A stretch of 64,000 bases of DNA from Candidatus Avelusimicrobium sp. (GTDB taxonomy: Bacteria > Elusimicrobiota > Elusimicrobia > Elusimicrobiales > Elusimicrobiaceae), in contig JAZNWO010000060.1 of the NCBI GenBank assembly GCA_045593365.1, positions 3,350 to 67,349 on the forward strand, in the 5' to 3' direction. The stretch's first letter is position 1. The number at the start of each line of letters is the position of its first letter. Below, in pieces: positions 1 to 10,399 of this stretch. Made by a program: the position numbers and the translations under genes. The notes beneath the pieces were generated by a model that saw only the letters and a program-made list of their open reading frames with translations, searched no databases and was not told the origin of the DNA.

Positions 1-331
1 TACAATTGCCTTTACCGCCGCAGCTGCCCACGCACAAAGCAAAAGCCGGCACTCCTGCGGCAAACTGCTTAAAGACGTAGCGGACCTAGTGGTTGATAAT
101 TGTGCAAACAAAAACGAAACGTGTCTGACATTAGATGAGTTGGAATTAGCCCCGATTTCCACTATAGCTTTTGCGGCAGTGCTACATGAAATTTTATATC
201 AGGCAGCGGTACTTTTGGCCGCGCAGGGGTTGCCTCCGCCCGTCTATAAAAGCAGTAATGCCGCCGGAAACGATACCTATAATGCCGCGCTTGCGGCGCG
301 GTATGCAAAGCGCATCAAACATCTAGATTAA
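1..331 (+). CDS. SIS (sugar isomerase) domain protein, UPF0309-like, C-terminal part (5' truncated by window)
   Basis: Frame is open from base 2. SRHSCGKLLKDVADLVVDN...PISTIAFAAVLHEIL...PPVYKSSN resembles the C-terminus of UPF0309 SIS proteins. Confidence 0.6.
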   Translation, partial: TIAFTAAAAHAQSKSRHSCGKLLKDVADLVVDNCANKNETCLTLDELELAPISTIAFAAVLHEILYQAAVLLAAQGLPPPVYKSSNAAGNDTYNAALAARYAKRIKHLD

Positions 332-349
332 AAGTAAGAGAAACTTTGC

Positions 350-1552
350 TCAGCGGGCAAATTTTTCTTTAAACCATTTGACAATCCAATCCGGTTTATA
401 GTCAATGATTTTTTTATTGTGGCGTGTATAACTTTCCGCCGAAGCCATAATTTGTTTTTCACGCGGCAAATGCGGATAAAAATGATTGGTAACAACCTCA
501 ATATTCGGGTACCACAAATTGTGTACTTTTTTATCTATCCAATGCTGCAAACCCAAATTTGGCAGCCCTAATCCCGCCGAAGCCGCCCAAAACACAGAAT
601 TGACAGCAATTACATAAAGTGTAAATTTTTCTTTCAGCAGCGAGAGCAAATGCCACGTCTCATTAATAGCCAGTTTTTTGATATCAATTTCTACATAAGC
701 AACATTTGCCAACGGGCCGCCCTTGGTCACGCTGAGCACCAAATACCCCTCCTCTATCAGTTGCTCTGCTAGTTCTTTAATATGCGGATAGACATAATTA
801 GATCCGCGTGAATCTAATTGCAAAAACACCAAGCCTTTTTTCCCCACTGCTTTGGCGGAAATTTCATCCAAATAGGCCGCCACTGCCGGAGCAGGTATTT
901 TTGGAAAATACATTTTGGGCGCGGGTGTTTGCGCAGGCACGGGCAAATTAAATGTATCAAATAAACTTTTTACGCGGTGTTCAATATGCACTCCGTAATC
1001 ATAATATACGGGCATTACTAAAAAATTTTCCGGAATGTTTTTCAACGCATCGGAATAATCATAATTTTTCCAAATAAACGGATGACGTAATCCGTTAAAA
1101 TAAAATACTTTTTCAAAGGCAGGATTTTCCTCTAATAACTTGCCCACCAGCGGCGAATTATTGCGGTCAAATTGCGCGCCGACATACCCGTAAAAAGGCA
1201 GCTGCGGATATTTTTGTTTAAGTGCCTGCAGCATGGGCGTGGTATACAAATAATCGCCAATGCCCATAAAAAAAACCAGTGCAATACCTTTGATTTGCGG
1301 ATTAACCGCGCACGCATTCTCTATGTTATAATAGACGTGTTCCCGGCGGTAGAGCGGACGGGAAATACGGTACCACGCGGAATTTATCGGCAAGCTTTCA
1401 CGCGCGCCGGAGACAGGCTTTTTACCAAAGCTGTACCACACTGGCGTCGGACCGTTACCGAGTCCTAACGTCTTATGCCCCAGCCACCGCAGCGTTTCAT
1501 AGGCCACGCATAGCGGACGGTGCATACGTAAGAAGGTATCGCCTTTCGTCAT
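350..1552 (-). CDS. Glycosyltransferase family 9-like (heptosyltransferase-type) protein
   Basis: GIGDYLYTTPMLQALKQKYP motif is typical of GT9. Start MTKGD at 1552 chosen; the ORF track extends to 1579. Confidence 0.6.
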   Translation of the reverse strand: MTKGDTFLRMHRPLCVAYETLRWLGHKTLGLGNGPTPVWYSFGKKPVSGARESLPINSAWYRISRPLYRREHVYYNIENACAVNPQIKGIALVFFMGIGDYLYTTPMLQALKQKYPQLPFYGYVGAQFDRNNSPLVGKLLEENPAFEKVFYFNGLRHPFIWKNYDYSDALKNIPENFLVMPVYYDYGVHIEHRVKSLFDTFNLPVPAQTPAPKMYFPKIPAPAVAAYLDEISAKAVGKKGLVFLQLDSRGSNYVYPHIKELAEQLIEEGYLVLSVTKGGPLANVAYVEIDIKKLAINETWHLLSLLKEKFTLYVIAVNSVFWAASAGLGLPNLGLQHWIDKKVHNLWYPNIEVVTNHFYPHLPREKQIMASAESYTRHNKKIIDYKPDWIVKWFKEKFAR

Positions 1553-1655
1553 ACCATTAGTGTAGCAAATCTGATACAATTGCGCATAAAACCAGCAGAC
1601 TGCTAAGTTTATTTAAAACACAACCAGCACTTTATCCCTCGTGGAAACAGAACCT

Positions 1656-4028
1656 TTACAAAGCAATTTTGAGTTTGCGTGCCAAGGCTTTTAAAATGCT
1701 TTTCCCACGTTTTTCCGAAGGCAGTTTATTCAATCCCTGATACACCAGCAACTGCGCGTGCGTATAGTCCGGAGTAAAACCAAAAATCTCCATATAATTG
1801 ATAAACTCCACCAGTTTAACTGCTACGTTTAATTGGGTCGGATCCTGTTCAAAGGCGCGCGCATAAGAGAGCAGCCGTTTCTGAATTACTGGCGAAATTT
1901 TGCGTGGATCCAACGTCAATCCCAGCGAACGGACATCCTCCATAAGTTCCTCTAGTGCATTAATATCTACTTCCGGCTGCTCCAGCTCCGCACGCAAATC
2001 ATCAGTCAACACAAAATCCGCTACCGCCGTAAACGCAGCAGGCAGTGGCGCACCGATGTGCTTCAGCCCCCGCACCGCCGGATATTGCCGTTCAAAAATC
2101 CGGTCAAAATCCGTCGCCGTGGCCTGCTCCATACGAGCCAACAATCCGGCCAGTACATTATGACGCACATCAGCAAATAAAGAATGAAAGGAATATGTAT
2201 GCGTAAAGGCTTGTGCAATCGCTTCGTGTAAGCGGTCGGCACCGGAAGTGGCAGCTATCTGCTTCAACGAAGCAAATACTTGCTCGGCAGCCACCCGGTC
2301 TGCACGTTCTGCTGCGCACGTAATTTGAAAAGTATGGCGTGTATACCCGACAGCAAATACCAAATCTGCCTCTTCTAATGTAATACGGTTTTTCAAATGT
2401 ATACGGCCTGTATATACACCAACAGTTTTGCTTTCCGTGCGGTTGTGTGTGCAAGCACTTACCTCACAGCAATACGTCGGCGGAGTTTGCTTGGCGTGCG
2501 AAAAGGCCTGCTGCAGTGCAATTTGCGCGGCCATCTTTTCTATCGGAACAGAGGACGGTTTCACATAACGTTCATATACGGCGGCCCCATGTTTTAACTC
2601 CTTAATATTACTCGGCGCCTCGGCCAACATATGCACAAACTGCGGTTCTATATCCCTTCCTCCTACCCGACGGTTTAATTCCAAGGCCCGCGCCGCATAT
2701 TGCAAAATTTGCACAGTTTCAATTCCGCTGATTTCATCAAAAAACCACCCGCAGCTAGTGTACATCAGCAAAGCTGCACGCTGCATTTCCAACAGCATCA
2801 GCGCCGTCGGACGGTCCTGCCAAGCTTTTTCAGTAGCGTGGCGCAAAAAGAAACGGTGCTGGGCATCTAAACTGCGGTCTAAAATCAGCTCAATATAATC
2901 ATTACGCGCCGCCCACGGATCTTTAAAATATTCGCAGCCTTTTTTTTCAAAGGTTTTAATCAGTTCCTCACGCGTGAAATCCAAGGCTGCACGCAGCGGA
3001 GCGCGCCATTTTTGGTGCCAACCCGGCCGGCCCGAATTGCATCCGCAATTACTGCGCCAACGCTCCACCCCGTGAAAACAGCTCCAGGAAGTATTTTCAA
3101 AAATCTGCGCTTCATATTGTGGCGGATATTTCTCTAAAAATTCCCCATAAACGGTCAACTGCACCTCCGGTAATCCCGCTATATATTCCAAACAGGAAGC
3201 CAGCGCCATATCAGCAAATTTTTGGTGATGTCCGTATGTTTCCCCATCCGTTGCAATATGTACCAGTTGCGTTTGCTCATTAGCAGAGTAAGTATTTAAC
3301 AAGCGGTGCGCAAAATTTTGGCCGCTTTTAAGCGTATCGGAAAAAGCAATCCCTTGTGAGACCGGACCGTCGTAAAAAAACAAAGCAATCTGTTTTCCGG
3401 ACGGCAAATTGCAACGGTAAGCACGTTTAGGGTCCACACGCGCGCCGGACGTATCGGTCCACGCGCTCTCGCCTATTTTGCGAATACGTGCACATTGGCC
3501 CGGAGCCAAAATGACATATTTCATACCGTGCGTGGCAAGTACTTCCAACGTTTCGGTATCACACGCAGTTTCGGCCAGCCACATCGCTTCCGGTGCGCGG
3601 CCAAAACGCGTTTTAAAATCATATAAACCCCAACGCACCTGCGTTTCTTTATCGCGTGCATTGGCCAGCGGCATAATGATGTGGTTATATACCTGTGCAA
3701 TAGCGGAACCGTGGCCGCCAAAATTTTTACGGCTTTGTTTATCCGCTTCCAACACGGCTTGGTAAATCTCCGGCGTATGTTCCTGCATCCAGGATAAAAG
3801 CGTTGGCCCGAAATTAAAACTAATATGGGCATAGTTATCCACTAATTTGATTAATTCGTTTTTATCGTTCAGCACGCGCGCTAAAGCATTCGGCCCGTAA
3901 CATTCGGCTGCAATACGCTCATTCCAATCGTGGTAAGGCGCCGCACTGTCCTGGCGTTCAATAGCTTCCAGCCAGGCATTTTCGCGCGGGGGTTGGTAAA
4001 AATGTCCATGGATGCAAAGATATTTCAT
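1656..4028 (-). CDS. Glycoside hydrolase family 57 with DUF3536
   Basis: N-terminal YLCIHGHFYQPPRENAW, plus WLAETA, ATDGETYGHH and MYTSCGWFFDEISGIE motifs. Confidence 0.9.
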   Translation of the reverse strand: MKYLCIHGHFYQPPRENAWLEAIERQDSAAPYHDWNERIAAECYGPNALARVLNDKNELIKLVDNYAHISFNFGPTLLSWMQEHTPEIYQAVLEADKQSRKNFGGHGSAIAQVYNHIIMPLANARDKETQVRWGLYDFKTRFGRAPEAMWLAETACDTETLEVLATHGMKYVILAPGQCARIRKIGESAWTDTSGARVDPKRAYRCNLPSGKQIALFFYDGPVSQGIAFSDTLKSGQNFAHRLLNTYSANEQTQLVHIATDGETYGHHQKFADMALASCLEYIAGLPEVQLTVYGEFLEKYPPQYEAQIFENTSWSCFHGVERWRSNCGCNSGRPGWHQKWRAPLRAALDFTREELIKTFEKKGCEYFKDPWAARNDYIELILDRSLDAQHRFFLRHATEKAWQDRPTALMLLEMQRAALLMYTSCGWFFDEISGIETVQILQYAARALELNRRVGGRDIEPQFVHMLAEAPSNIKELKHGAAVYERYVKPSSVPIEKMAAQIALQQAFSHAKQTPPTYCCEVSACTHNRTESKTVGVYTGRIHLKNRITLEEADLVFAVGYTRHTFQITCAAERADRVAAEQVFASLKQIAATSGADRLHEAIAQAFTHTYSFHSLFADVRHNVLAGLLARMEQATATDFDRIFERQYPAVRGLKHIGAPLPAAFTAVADFVLTDDLRAELEQPEVDINALEELMEDVRSLGLTLDPRKISPVIQKRLLSYARAFEQDPTQLNVAVKLVEFINYMEIFGFTPDYTHAQLLVYQGLNKLPSEKRGKSILKALARKLKIAL

Positions 4029-4081
4029 ATATATGTTATAGCAATTAATGGGCTTTTTTGACACGCCAAACTAAAAAACAC

Positions 4082-4110
4082 TTGCTAAAAACGCTTACAA
4101 ACCTTATACT
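4082..4110 (+). promoter_or_regulatory. sigma70-type promoter of phoH (TTGCTA-17-TATACT)
   Basis: Hexamers with 17-bp spacing, 38 bp upstream of the ATG. Serves as an internal reference for normal spacing. Confidence 0.55.
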
Positions 4111-4148
4111 ATAAGTATCTGCCCTTACGGGAGCACCGAGGAGATTTT

Positions 4149-5474
4149 ATGAAAAAAACATTTATTTTAGACACCAATGTCCTGCTGCACGACGTAAATT
4201 CTATCTATGCTTTTGAGGATAACGATATTGTTATCCCCATGGTGGTTATTGAAGAACTGGACCGTTTTAAAAACGAGGGAGATACCCGCGGAAAGAATGC
4301 CCGTATGGTTTCGCGCGCACTGGATGCCCTGCGTGAAAAAGGCCGCTTAAACGAAGGGGTAAAGATATCTAAAGGTGGCTTGCTGAAAATTGAACTGAAT
4401 AAACCCAGCTCTTTACCGCAGGTATTCTCGCTGGATAAAGCGGACAACTCTATTTTAAACATTGCCTACACCATGGCCAAAAAAGAAGGTTCTTATAAAA
4501 AGAACCAAAGCCCGGTTATATTAGTTACCAAAGATATTAATATGCGTCTGAAAGCCGAGGCCTTAGGACTATCCGCTCAGGACTACACTACTGATAAGGT
4601 CAATTTAGATGAATTATATACCGGTGTAGCAGAAATGGAAGTACCCGCTGAGCAAATTGATAGTTTTTACCACGATAAAAAATTAGTATTGCCCAAGGAT
4701 ACGTATTTTCCAAACCAGTTTCTAATTTTGAAAGCGCAGGGCGGTGGCAAACAATCGGCTATCGGCCGCGTGTCAAACAACGGGCAAAGCGTGCTCAAAC
4801 CGCTTTCCTCGCAAGAACCGGTGGCGTGGGGTATTAAGCCGCTTAACAAGGAGCAGCGTTTTGCGATGGAGCTGTTATTAGATGACAGTTTGGATATTGT
4901 TACGCTCGTCGGTACAGCGGGCACAGGTAAAACGCTTATTACGCTGGCTACCGGCCTGCAGCGCACTATGGACGAAAACGCATACCGCCGTATGGTAGTG
5001 TGCCGCTCCATTGTTCCGGTCGGAAAGGATTTGGGGTTTCTACCCGGTACAAAAGAGGAAAAATTAGATGCCTGGATGGGTGCAATTTATGACAATTTAG
5101 CCTTCCTGGCAGACCGCAAAAACCCAGAAGAGGGCGAGGAAAAAGCGCATTATTTGCTAGACAGCGGCAAAATTGAAATTGCCTCCGTTACACATATGCG
5201 CGGACGCTCTTTGCCGGGGCAATATATGATTGTGGACGATGCCCAAAACCTTACCCCGCACGAAATGAAAACCATTTTAACCCGCGCGGGCGAAGGTACC
5301 AAAATTATTGTCACGGGCGACCCGTATCAAATTGATACACCGTATTTAGATGTGGAATCCAACGGCCTGACGTACATTGTGGACCGCTTAAAGGGCCAGC
5401 CGTCTTACGGGCACATTACGTTTACCAAGACCGAACGCAGCCGCTTGGCTGATATGGCCTCCAAGTTGCTATAA
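4149..5474 (+). CDS. phoH: PhoH family protein (PIN domain + ATPase, PhoH2 type)
   Basis: ILDTNVLLHD PIN motif, Walker A GTAGTGKT, RGRSL and DDAQN motifs. Confidence 0.9.
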   Translation: MKKTFILDTNVLLHDVNSIYAFEDNDIVIPMVVIEELDRFKNEGDTRGKNARMVSRALDALREKGRLNEGVKISKGGLLKIELNKPSSLPQVFSLDKADNSILNIAYTMAKKEGSYKKNQSPVILVTKDINMRLKAEALGLSAQDYTTDKVNLDELYTGVAEMEVPAEQIDSFYHDKKLVLPKDTYFPNQFLILKAQGGGKQSAIGRVSNNGQSVLKPLSSQEPVAWGIKPLNKEQRFAMELLLDDSLDIVTLVGTAGTGKTLITLATGLQRTMDENAYRRMVVCRSIVPVGKDLGFLPGTKEEKLDAWMGAIYDNLAFLADRKNPEEGEEKAHYLLDSGKIEIASVTHMRGRSLPGQYMIVDDAQNLTPHEMKTILTRAGEGTKIIVTGDPYQIDTPYLDVESNGLTYIVDRLKGQPSYGHITFTKTERSRLADMASKLL

Positions 5475-5492
5475 ATGTTTTAGAAAGAGTGC

Positions 5493-5518
5493 AACCCCCG
5501 CTAACAAGCGGGGGTTTT
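5493..5518 (+). terminator. Intrinsic terminator after phoH
   Basis: AACCCCCGCT-AACA-AGCGGGGGTT hairpin followed by T-run. Confidence 0.8.
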
Positions 5519-5662
5519 ATATTACCAAAATAATATTTCACCTCCTGATCCTGATACCCCGGCTATTCTTTTTCTCCAAACCACCTTGCCAAACACGATT
5601 TCTTTCCCTGTTAATCTCCTATATAAGGTATAATGAGGATATATACCTTTAAGGGGAACTTT

Positions 5663-6673
5663 ATGACTAATTTTGATACTTACCTGAAAGAGCGCGCGAA
5701 ATTGGTGGAGAAAAACTTGGCAAAATATATCGCCAAAATTCCCAATGCGCCTAAAATTTTAACTGATTCCATGAATTATTCTTTGCAGGCGGGTGGCAAA
5801 CGCGTGCGCCCGATTTTGGCTATGGCTACCGCCGAGGCATTTGGCAAAAAAGCCACGGATGTAATGCCGGCCGCGTGTGCCTTAGAAATGCTGCACACTT
5901 ATTCACTCATCCATGACGATTTGCCCTGTATGGATAATGACGATTTGCGTCGCGGCAAGCCCACCAATCACAAGGTGTTCGGCGACGATTTGGCCTTACT
6001 CGCCGGAGATGCACTGCTGACCTATGTATTTGAAGTGTTTGCACAAAACGGAAAAGTAAAAGCTATCGGCGCCTCCAACACACTTTCAGCCTTGCAAAAC
6101 TTTGCGCACCGCGCGGGTGCCTCCGGCATGGTGGGCGGCCAAACCGCCGACGTATATGCCGAAGGTATGGGTACCCAGGAAGCGCACAGCCAACGTGCAG
6201 AAAAATTAAAAAAATCTTCTAAAAAATTGGCGGGCAAAAATATGCACTATTTCCTTTTACCACCGACCGTTAAAGAAACCACGCCGGAGAATGTGCTGCG
6301 CTACATTCATGCTAACAAAACCGGCGCGCTCATCCGTGCTAGCGTGGAAACCGGGGCTCTCTTGGCCGGAGCCAAAGGAGCAGACCTTAAACATATTCAA
6401 CAGTATGCCGATTGTATCGGCCTAGTGTTCCAAATTGTAGATGATATTTTAGACGTGACTGCCACCGCCAAACAACTGGGCAAATCTAACAGCGACACCG
6501 AAAACGGCAAATTAACCTTTGTCAGCCTGTTTGGTTTAGAAGGCAGCCGCAAACACGCTCAACTTTTAATTGCCAAGGCGCAAAAATCGTTAGACGCACT
6601 TAAAAACGTCAAGCGCAAAAATTTGGCCCCGCTATATGCAATGGCAGAATTTTTCAAAACCCGCACGTATTAA
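5663..6673 (+). CDS. ispA: Polyprenyl (farnesyl/geranylgeranyl) diphosphate synthase
   Basis: GGKRVRP, HDDLPCMDNDDLRRGKPT and FQIVDDILD motifs; lies upstream of dxs. Confidence 0.9.
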   Translation: MTNFDTYLKERAKLVEKNLAKYIAKIPNAPKILTDSMNYSLQAGGKRVRPILAMATAEAFGKKATDVMPAACALEMLHTYSLIHDDLPCMDNDDLRRGKPTNHKVFGDDLALLAGDALLTYVFEVFAQNGKVKAIGASNTLSALQNFAHRAGASGMVGGQTADVYAEGMGTQEAHSQRAEKLKKSSKKLAGKNMHYFLLPPTVKETTPENVLRYIHANKTGALIRASVETGALLAGAKGADLKHIQQYADCIGLVFQIVDDILDVTATAKQLGKSNSDTENGKLTFVSLFGLEGSRKHAQLLIAKAQKSLDALKNVKRKNLAPLYAMAEFFKTRTY

Positions 6674-6682
6674 GGAGCAACC

Positions 6683-8539
6683 ATGAAAGTATTGCCCACC
6701 GTCAAAAATCCGTCCGATTTGCGCAACATTAAGCGCGAGCTTTTGCCACAGTTGTGTGAGGAAATCCGCCAGGAAATTATCCACACCACCAGCAAAAACG
6801 GCGGACATTTGGGGTCCAGTTTAGGTGCAGTGGAAATTATTACGGCCTTGCATTATGTGTTTGACACGCCCAAAGATAAAATCGTTTTTGACACAGGGCA
6901 TCAATCGTATGCACACAAATTGCTCACCGGACGGCAAGGCAAATTCCGCACGATACGTACTAAGGGCGGATTGAGCGGTTTTCCCAAACGAAGTGAAAGC
7001 AAATACGATACCTTCGGAGTGGGGCACGCAAGTACGGCCCTGTCTGCGGCGCTGGGTATGGCAATTGCTCGTGACCAAAAGAAATCCGATTCCAAAGTTA
7101 TCGCGCTCGTGGCTGACGGTGCACTTACGGGTGGTATGGCCTATGAAGCCATGCAAAATGCAGGTCTGCTGGCAACCGATATGCTCGTCATTTTAAATGA
7201 CAATCAGATGTTTATTTCCCAGCGTGTGGGACAACTGGGAAAAGTATTGACTACTTTGCTCACTAAAAAATATGTCCAACTCGCCGAGGAAAAAGCAACC
7301 AATTTTTTAAAACGCTTTGATGATGTGGGCAATAATGCCGCCAAACTGGCTAAACGCGCCCGTGCGATTTTATTTCCGGGAACGATTTTTGAGGAAATGG
7401 GTTTCCGTTATTTTGGTCCCGTCAATGGAAATGACATTGACGCAATGATTGATGTACTGCAAAGCGTCAAAGAAGTAAAAGGCCCGGTACTGTTGCACGT
7501 GGTTACCAAAAAGGGCAAAGGCTATCCCCCCGCCGAAGAAAAACCAACCAAATTTCACGGTATCGGTATATTCGACGCAGATACTGGCGACACCATTGGA
7601 AAAAGCGACCGCATTACCTTTACTAAGGCATTTTCCGACGCTATTGTAAAACTGGCCAAAATAGACAAAAAAATTAATGCCATTACCGCCGCTATGCCGG
7701 AAGGTACAGGGCTGGCAGCGTTCCGTGCAGAATTTCCGGAGCGGTTTTTTGACGTAGGCATTGCCGAGGAACACGCCGCCACCTTTGCCGCGGGACTGGC
7801 CGCCGAGGGCTTAAAGCCCGTAGTCGCGGTTTATTCCTCCTTTATGCAGCGCTGTTTTGACCAATTGGTGCACGATATCGCTTTGCAGGATTTGCCCGTC
7901 GTATTTGCATTGGACCGTGCAGGTTTGGTGGGCGAGGACGGCCCAACGCATCACGGCGCGTTTGATTTGAGTTTCCTGCGCAGCACACCTAATGTAATTA
8001 TTTCCGCTCCCGCTGATGAAAACGAACTCGGACACCTCTTAAAAACCGCATTAGACAGCAATAAACCCTTTGTACTGCGCTATCCGCGCGGAGCGGGTTT
8101 CAATGTACCCGTAGACGAAGAACTAAAAGATTTACCTATCGGCAAGGGTGTATGGCTTAAAAAAGGCAAAGATTTGACAATCGCTGCTATCGGCAATATG
8201 GTGCACCCGGCTTTGGAAACCTCCGCGCTGCTCAAAGAAAAAGGCATTGAAGCAGGCGTGATTAATATGCGCTTTGTCAAACCATTGGATACTCATATTT
8301 TAGACGAAGCACTTACAAACTCCCCCCGCCTTGTAAGTGTGGAAGACAATGCTTTGTGCGGCGGTTTTGGCTCGGCAATAGCCGAATATATTACCGTGCA
8401 GAAAAAACCATTTAAACTGTTACGTTTAGGCTTGCCGGATGAATTTGTAGAACATGGTAAAGTTGGCCTTTTGCAAGAGCAATTGGGCCTTACACCGCAA
8501 AAAATGGCCGAAAAAATAAAAGATTGGAGCAAACAATGA
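6683..8539 (+). CDS. dxs: 1-deoxy-D-xylulose-5-phosphate synthase
   Basis: GGHLGSSLG, FDTGHQSY, GDG-like ADGALTGG..LNDN, DVGIAEEHA and DRAGLVGEDGPTH motifs. Confidence 0.97.
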   Translation: MKVLPTVKNPSDLRNIKRELLPQLCEEIRQEIIHTTSKNGGHLGSSLGAVEIITALHYVFDTPKDKIVFDTGHQSYAHKLLTGRQGKFRTIRTKGGLSGFPKRSESKYDTFGVGHASTALSAALGMAIARDQKKSDSKVIALVADGALTGGMAYEAMQNAGLLATDMLVILNDNQMFISQRVGQLGKVLTTLLTKKYVQLAEEKATNFLKRFDDVGNNAAKLAKRARAILFPGTIFEEMGFRYFGPVNGNDIDAMIDVLQSVKEVKGPVLLHVVTKKGKGYPPAEEKPTKFHGIGIFDADTGDTIGKSDRITFTKAFSDAIVKLAKIDKKINAITAAMPEGTGLAAFRAEFPERFFDVGIAEEHAATFAAGLAAEGLKPVVAVYSSFMQRCFDQLVHDIALQDLPVVFALDRAGLVGEDGPTHHGAFDLSFLRSTPNVIISAPADENELGHLLKTALDSNKPFVLRYPRGAGFNVPVDEELKDLPIGKGVWLKKGKDLTIAAIGNMVHPALETSALLKEKGIEAGVINMRFVKPLDTHILDEALTNSPRLVSVEDNALCGGFGSAIAEYITVQKKPFKLLRLGLPDEFVEHGKVGLLQEQLGLTPQKMAEKIKDWSKQ

Positions 8540-9369
8540 TAAAAAAGGAAATGAGAAACAGACTGGCTGAAGATTTATCTCATACCGACTCGTACAAACG
8601 GGCTTATGAAGATGTTGAATTACTCAACAGACCGCCGTTGCGTTCGGTGCGGGTGCAATTAGAGCTTTTGAAACCCGATTTGTATTTACTGGCTAAAAAT
8701 ATCAATGAAACAATTGTCTGTTTCGGCAGTGCGCGCGTCCGTCCGGAGAAAGAAGCAAAAGCCCGCCTGGCACAAGCCAAAAAAGAACTTGCTAAAAAGC
8801 CGCATAACAAAAAGTTACAAGAAGCCGTTCATGCAGCAGAAGGTTTGCTGTCTTTGTCCAAGTATTATGATATGGGACGCGAACTAGGCAAATTAATTGT
8901 CACCAAAAGTAAAAAACGTTTTGCCGTCGTAACAGGCGGCGGGCCGGGACTCATGGAAGCGGCCAATCGCGGCGCGTACGAAAACGGCGGGGTGAGTATC
9001 GGCATGAACATTACCTTGCCGCACGAGCAAGAGCCTAACCCGTACATTACGCCGAATATGGCTTTTTTGTTCCACTATTTTTCTATCCGCAAAATGCACT
9101 TAGTGATGCGTTCTAAAGCCGTGGTGATTTTACCGGGCGGATTTGGCACGTTTGACGAAATGTTTGAAATTTTAACACTCGTACAGACAGGTAAAAAAGA
9201 ACGTATCCCCATTATTTTAGTGGGCAAGGAATTTTGGAGCAAGGTTATAAACACCCAGGCGTTGGCAGACTACGGAGTGATTAACCCCGATGATACTAAA
9301 GTGTTCCAATTGGTAGACAGTGCCCGTGAAGCATGGGACATTATCGCTAAGTTTTATAAGATAAAGTAA
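8536..9369 (+). CDS. LOG family (TIGR00730-like) nucleotide phosphoribohydrolase
   Basis: FGSAR, TGGGPGLMEAANRGA and PGGFGTFDE motifs; ATGA overlap with dxs. Confidence 0.9.
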   Translation: MIKKEMRNRLAEDLSHTDSYKRAYEDVELLNRPPLRSVRVQLELLKPDLYLLAKNINETIVCFGSARVRPEKEAKARLAQAKKELAKKPHNKKLQEAVHAAEGLLSLSKYYDMGRELGKLIVTKSKKRFAVVTGGGPGLMEAANRGAYENGGVSIGMNITLPHEQEPNPYITPNMAFLFHYFSIRKMHLVMRSKAVVILPGGFGTFDEMFEILTLVQTGKKERIPIILVGKEFWSKVINTQALADYGVINPDDTKVFQLVDSAREAWDIIAKFYKIK

Positions 9370-9383
9370 AACTTATTTACAGA

Positions 9384-9413
9384 AAAACTCCCCATTAAAA
9401 AATGGGGAGTTTT
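9384..9413. terminator. Bidirectional intrinsic terminator (LOG / pilin)
   Basis: AAAACTCCCCATT...AATGGGGAGTTTT between convergent genes. Confidence 0.8.
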
Positions 9414-9416
9414 AGT

Positions 9417-10139
9417 TTATTCAATACCAACAGCAGAACAATCTGTTTTGGCATGAAATTCAGCATTTGTATCTGTGGCATCTACAATTTTTCCACGCCA
9501 CCACTGACATACTAATTTACGGGCACTTATATCTTCCGGTACGACTCCCAAAGCCCATTCCGGTTTATCTGCTAAATATACCAAGCCAATGCTGCCTCCA
9601 TTCAGCCAAGTATTTCCTGTAGTACCATCTTCCTTATATTGAGTTCGTAGTGTAATCCCACAAAATTTTCTAAAAGAACAACCAATATCATACGCTCCTA
9701 TATTTTTTAAACAATTTGCCCCTGCCGTACAAGGCACACCCGGTATTTCTATGCTTAATGCCCCGCTATTACTGCTACCTACAAACATGACATTTTTATT
9801 TGTCGGAAATCCATTTTCCAAAATATAGACCTCAATAGCTTGCTGAACAGGTTTAATCAAAGAAGCAAACTCTGCCAAACGAGCTAGTCGTACAGATTTC
9901 TGATATTGCGGCAGGGCAATCGCGGTCAGTACACCGATGATTAATACGACTACTAATAATTCTATAAGTGTAAAACCATTATTAAACAGAGTCGTCATTC
10001 CCGAGAGTCGCTGTCGGGAATCTCCCGCTTTTGTGCTGTGTATAAACAAGGATTTTCCCTTATTCATATCACCAATAAGGGAGATCCCCGATAAAAACAT
10101 TCGGGGATGACGACCCTTTTTTATTTCTTTTTTATTCAT
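9417..10139 (-). CDS. Type IV pilin-like (PilE family) prepilin with 55-aa REP-derived leader
   Basis: [26 protein letters not shown]-methylation motif; AGGAG RBS before MNKKE; C-terminal cysteines. Confidence 0.9.
   Translation of the reverse strand: MNKKEIKKGRHPRMFLSGISLIGDMNKGKSLFIHSTKAGDSRQRLSGMTTLFNNGFTLIELLVVVLIIGVLTAIALPQYQKSVRLARLAEFASLIKPVQQAIEVYILENGFPTNKNVMFVGSSNSGALSIEIPGVPCTAGANCLKNIGAYDIGCSFRKFCGITLRTQYKEDGTTGNTWLNGGSIGLVYLADKPEWALGVVPEDISARKLVCQWWRGKIVDATDTNAEFHAKTDCSAVGIE
9991..10114. repeat. CGTC-type REP doublet (REPIN-like) inside the prepilin leader coding sequence
   Basis: GTCGTCATTCCCGA..TCGGGAATCTCCC ... GGGAGATCCCCGA..TCGGGGATGACGAC: two hairpins in inverted orientation with terminal inverted repeats. 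Confidence 0.85.
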
Positions 10140-10158
10140 AATATTTTCTCCTTTCTTT

Positions 10159-10237
10159 GTCGTACTGAGTTGCTTCTGCTCAGCACCTCAACCTCTTTTT
10201 AAGGCTGAGGTCCTGAACAAAAACCTTTCAGGGCGAC
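10159..10237. repeat. Degenerate REP doublet (CCTGAA..TTCAGG type) in the pilin 5' UTR
   Basis: GTCGTACTGAG..CTCAGCACCT ... AGGTCCTGAA..TTCAGGGCGAC with GTCG/CGAC ends. Confidence 0.6.
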
Positions 10238-10264
10238 ATTTAAAAAATAACCACCTACCCCCAT

Positions 10265-10292
10265 ATCGTACCAAAAAAAAAAAACGAGTCAA
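10265..10292 (-). promoter_or_regulatory. Poly-T spacer promoter P1: TTGACT-CG-T12-GG-TACGAT (16-bp spacer)
   Basis: Read directly; same architecture at 8 pilin loci. Confidence 0.8.
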
Positions 10293-10399
10293 GAGGAAAC
10301 TGCACTTCTTGCCTTTTTCCGGCGAAAAAAAGCAAAAAATATATACAGAAAAGGTGCCCCCAACTTACACTACTACCGCCAGGCTGCACCTATGGAACG

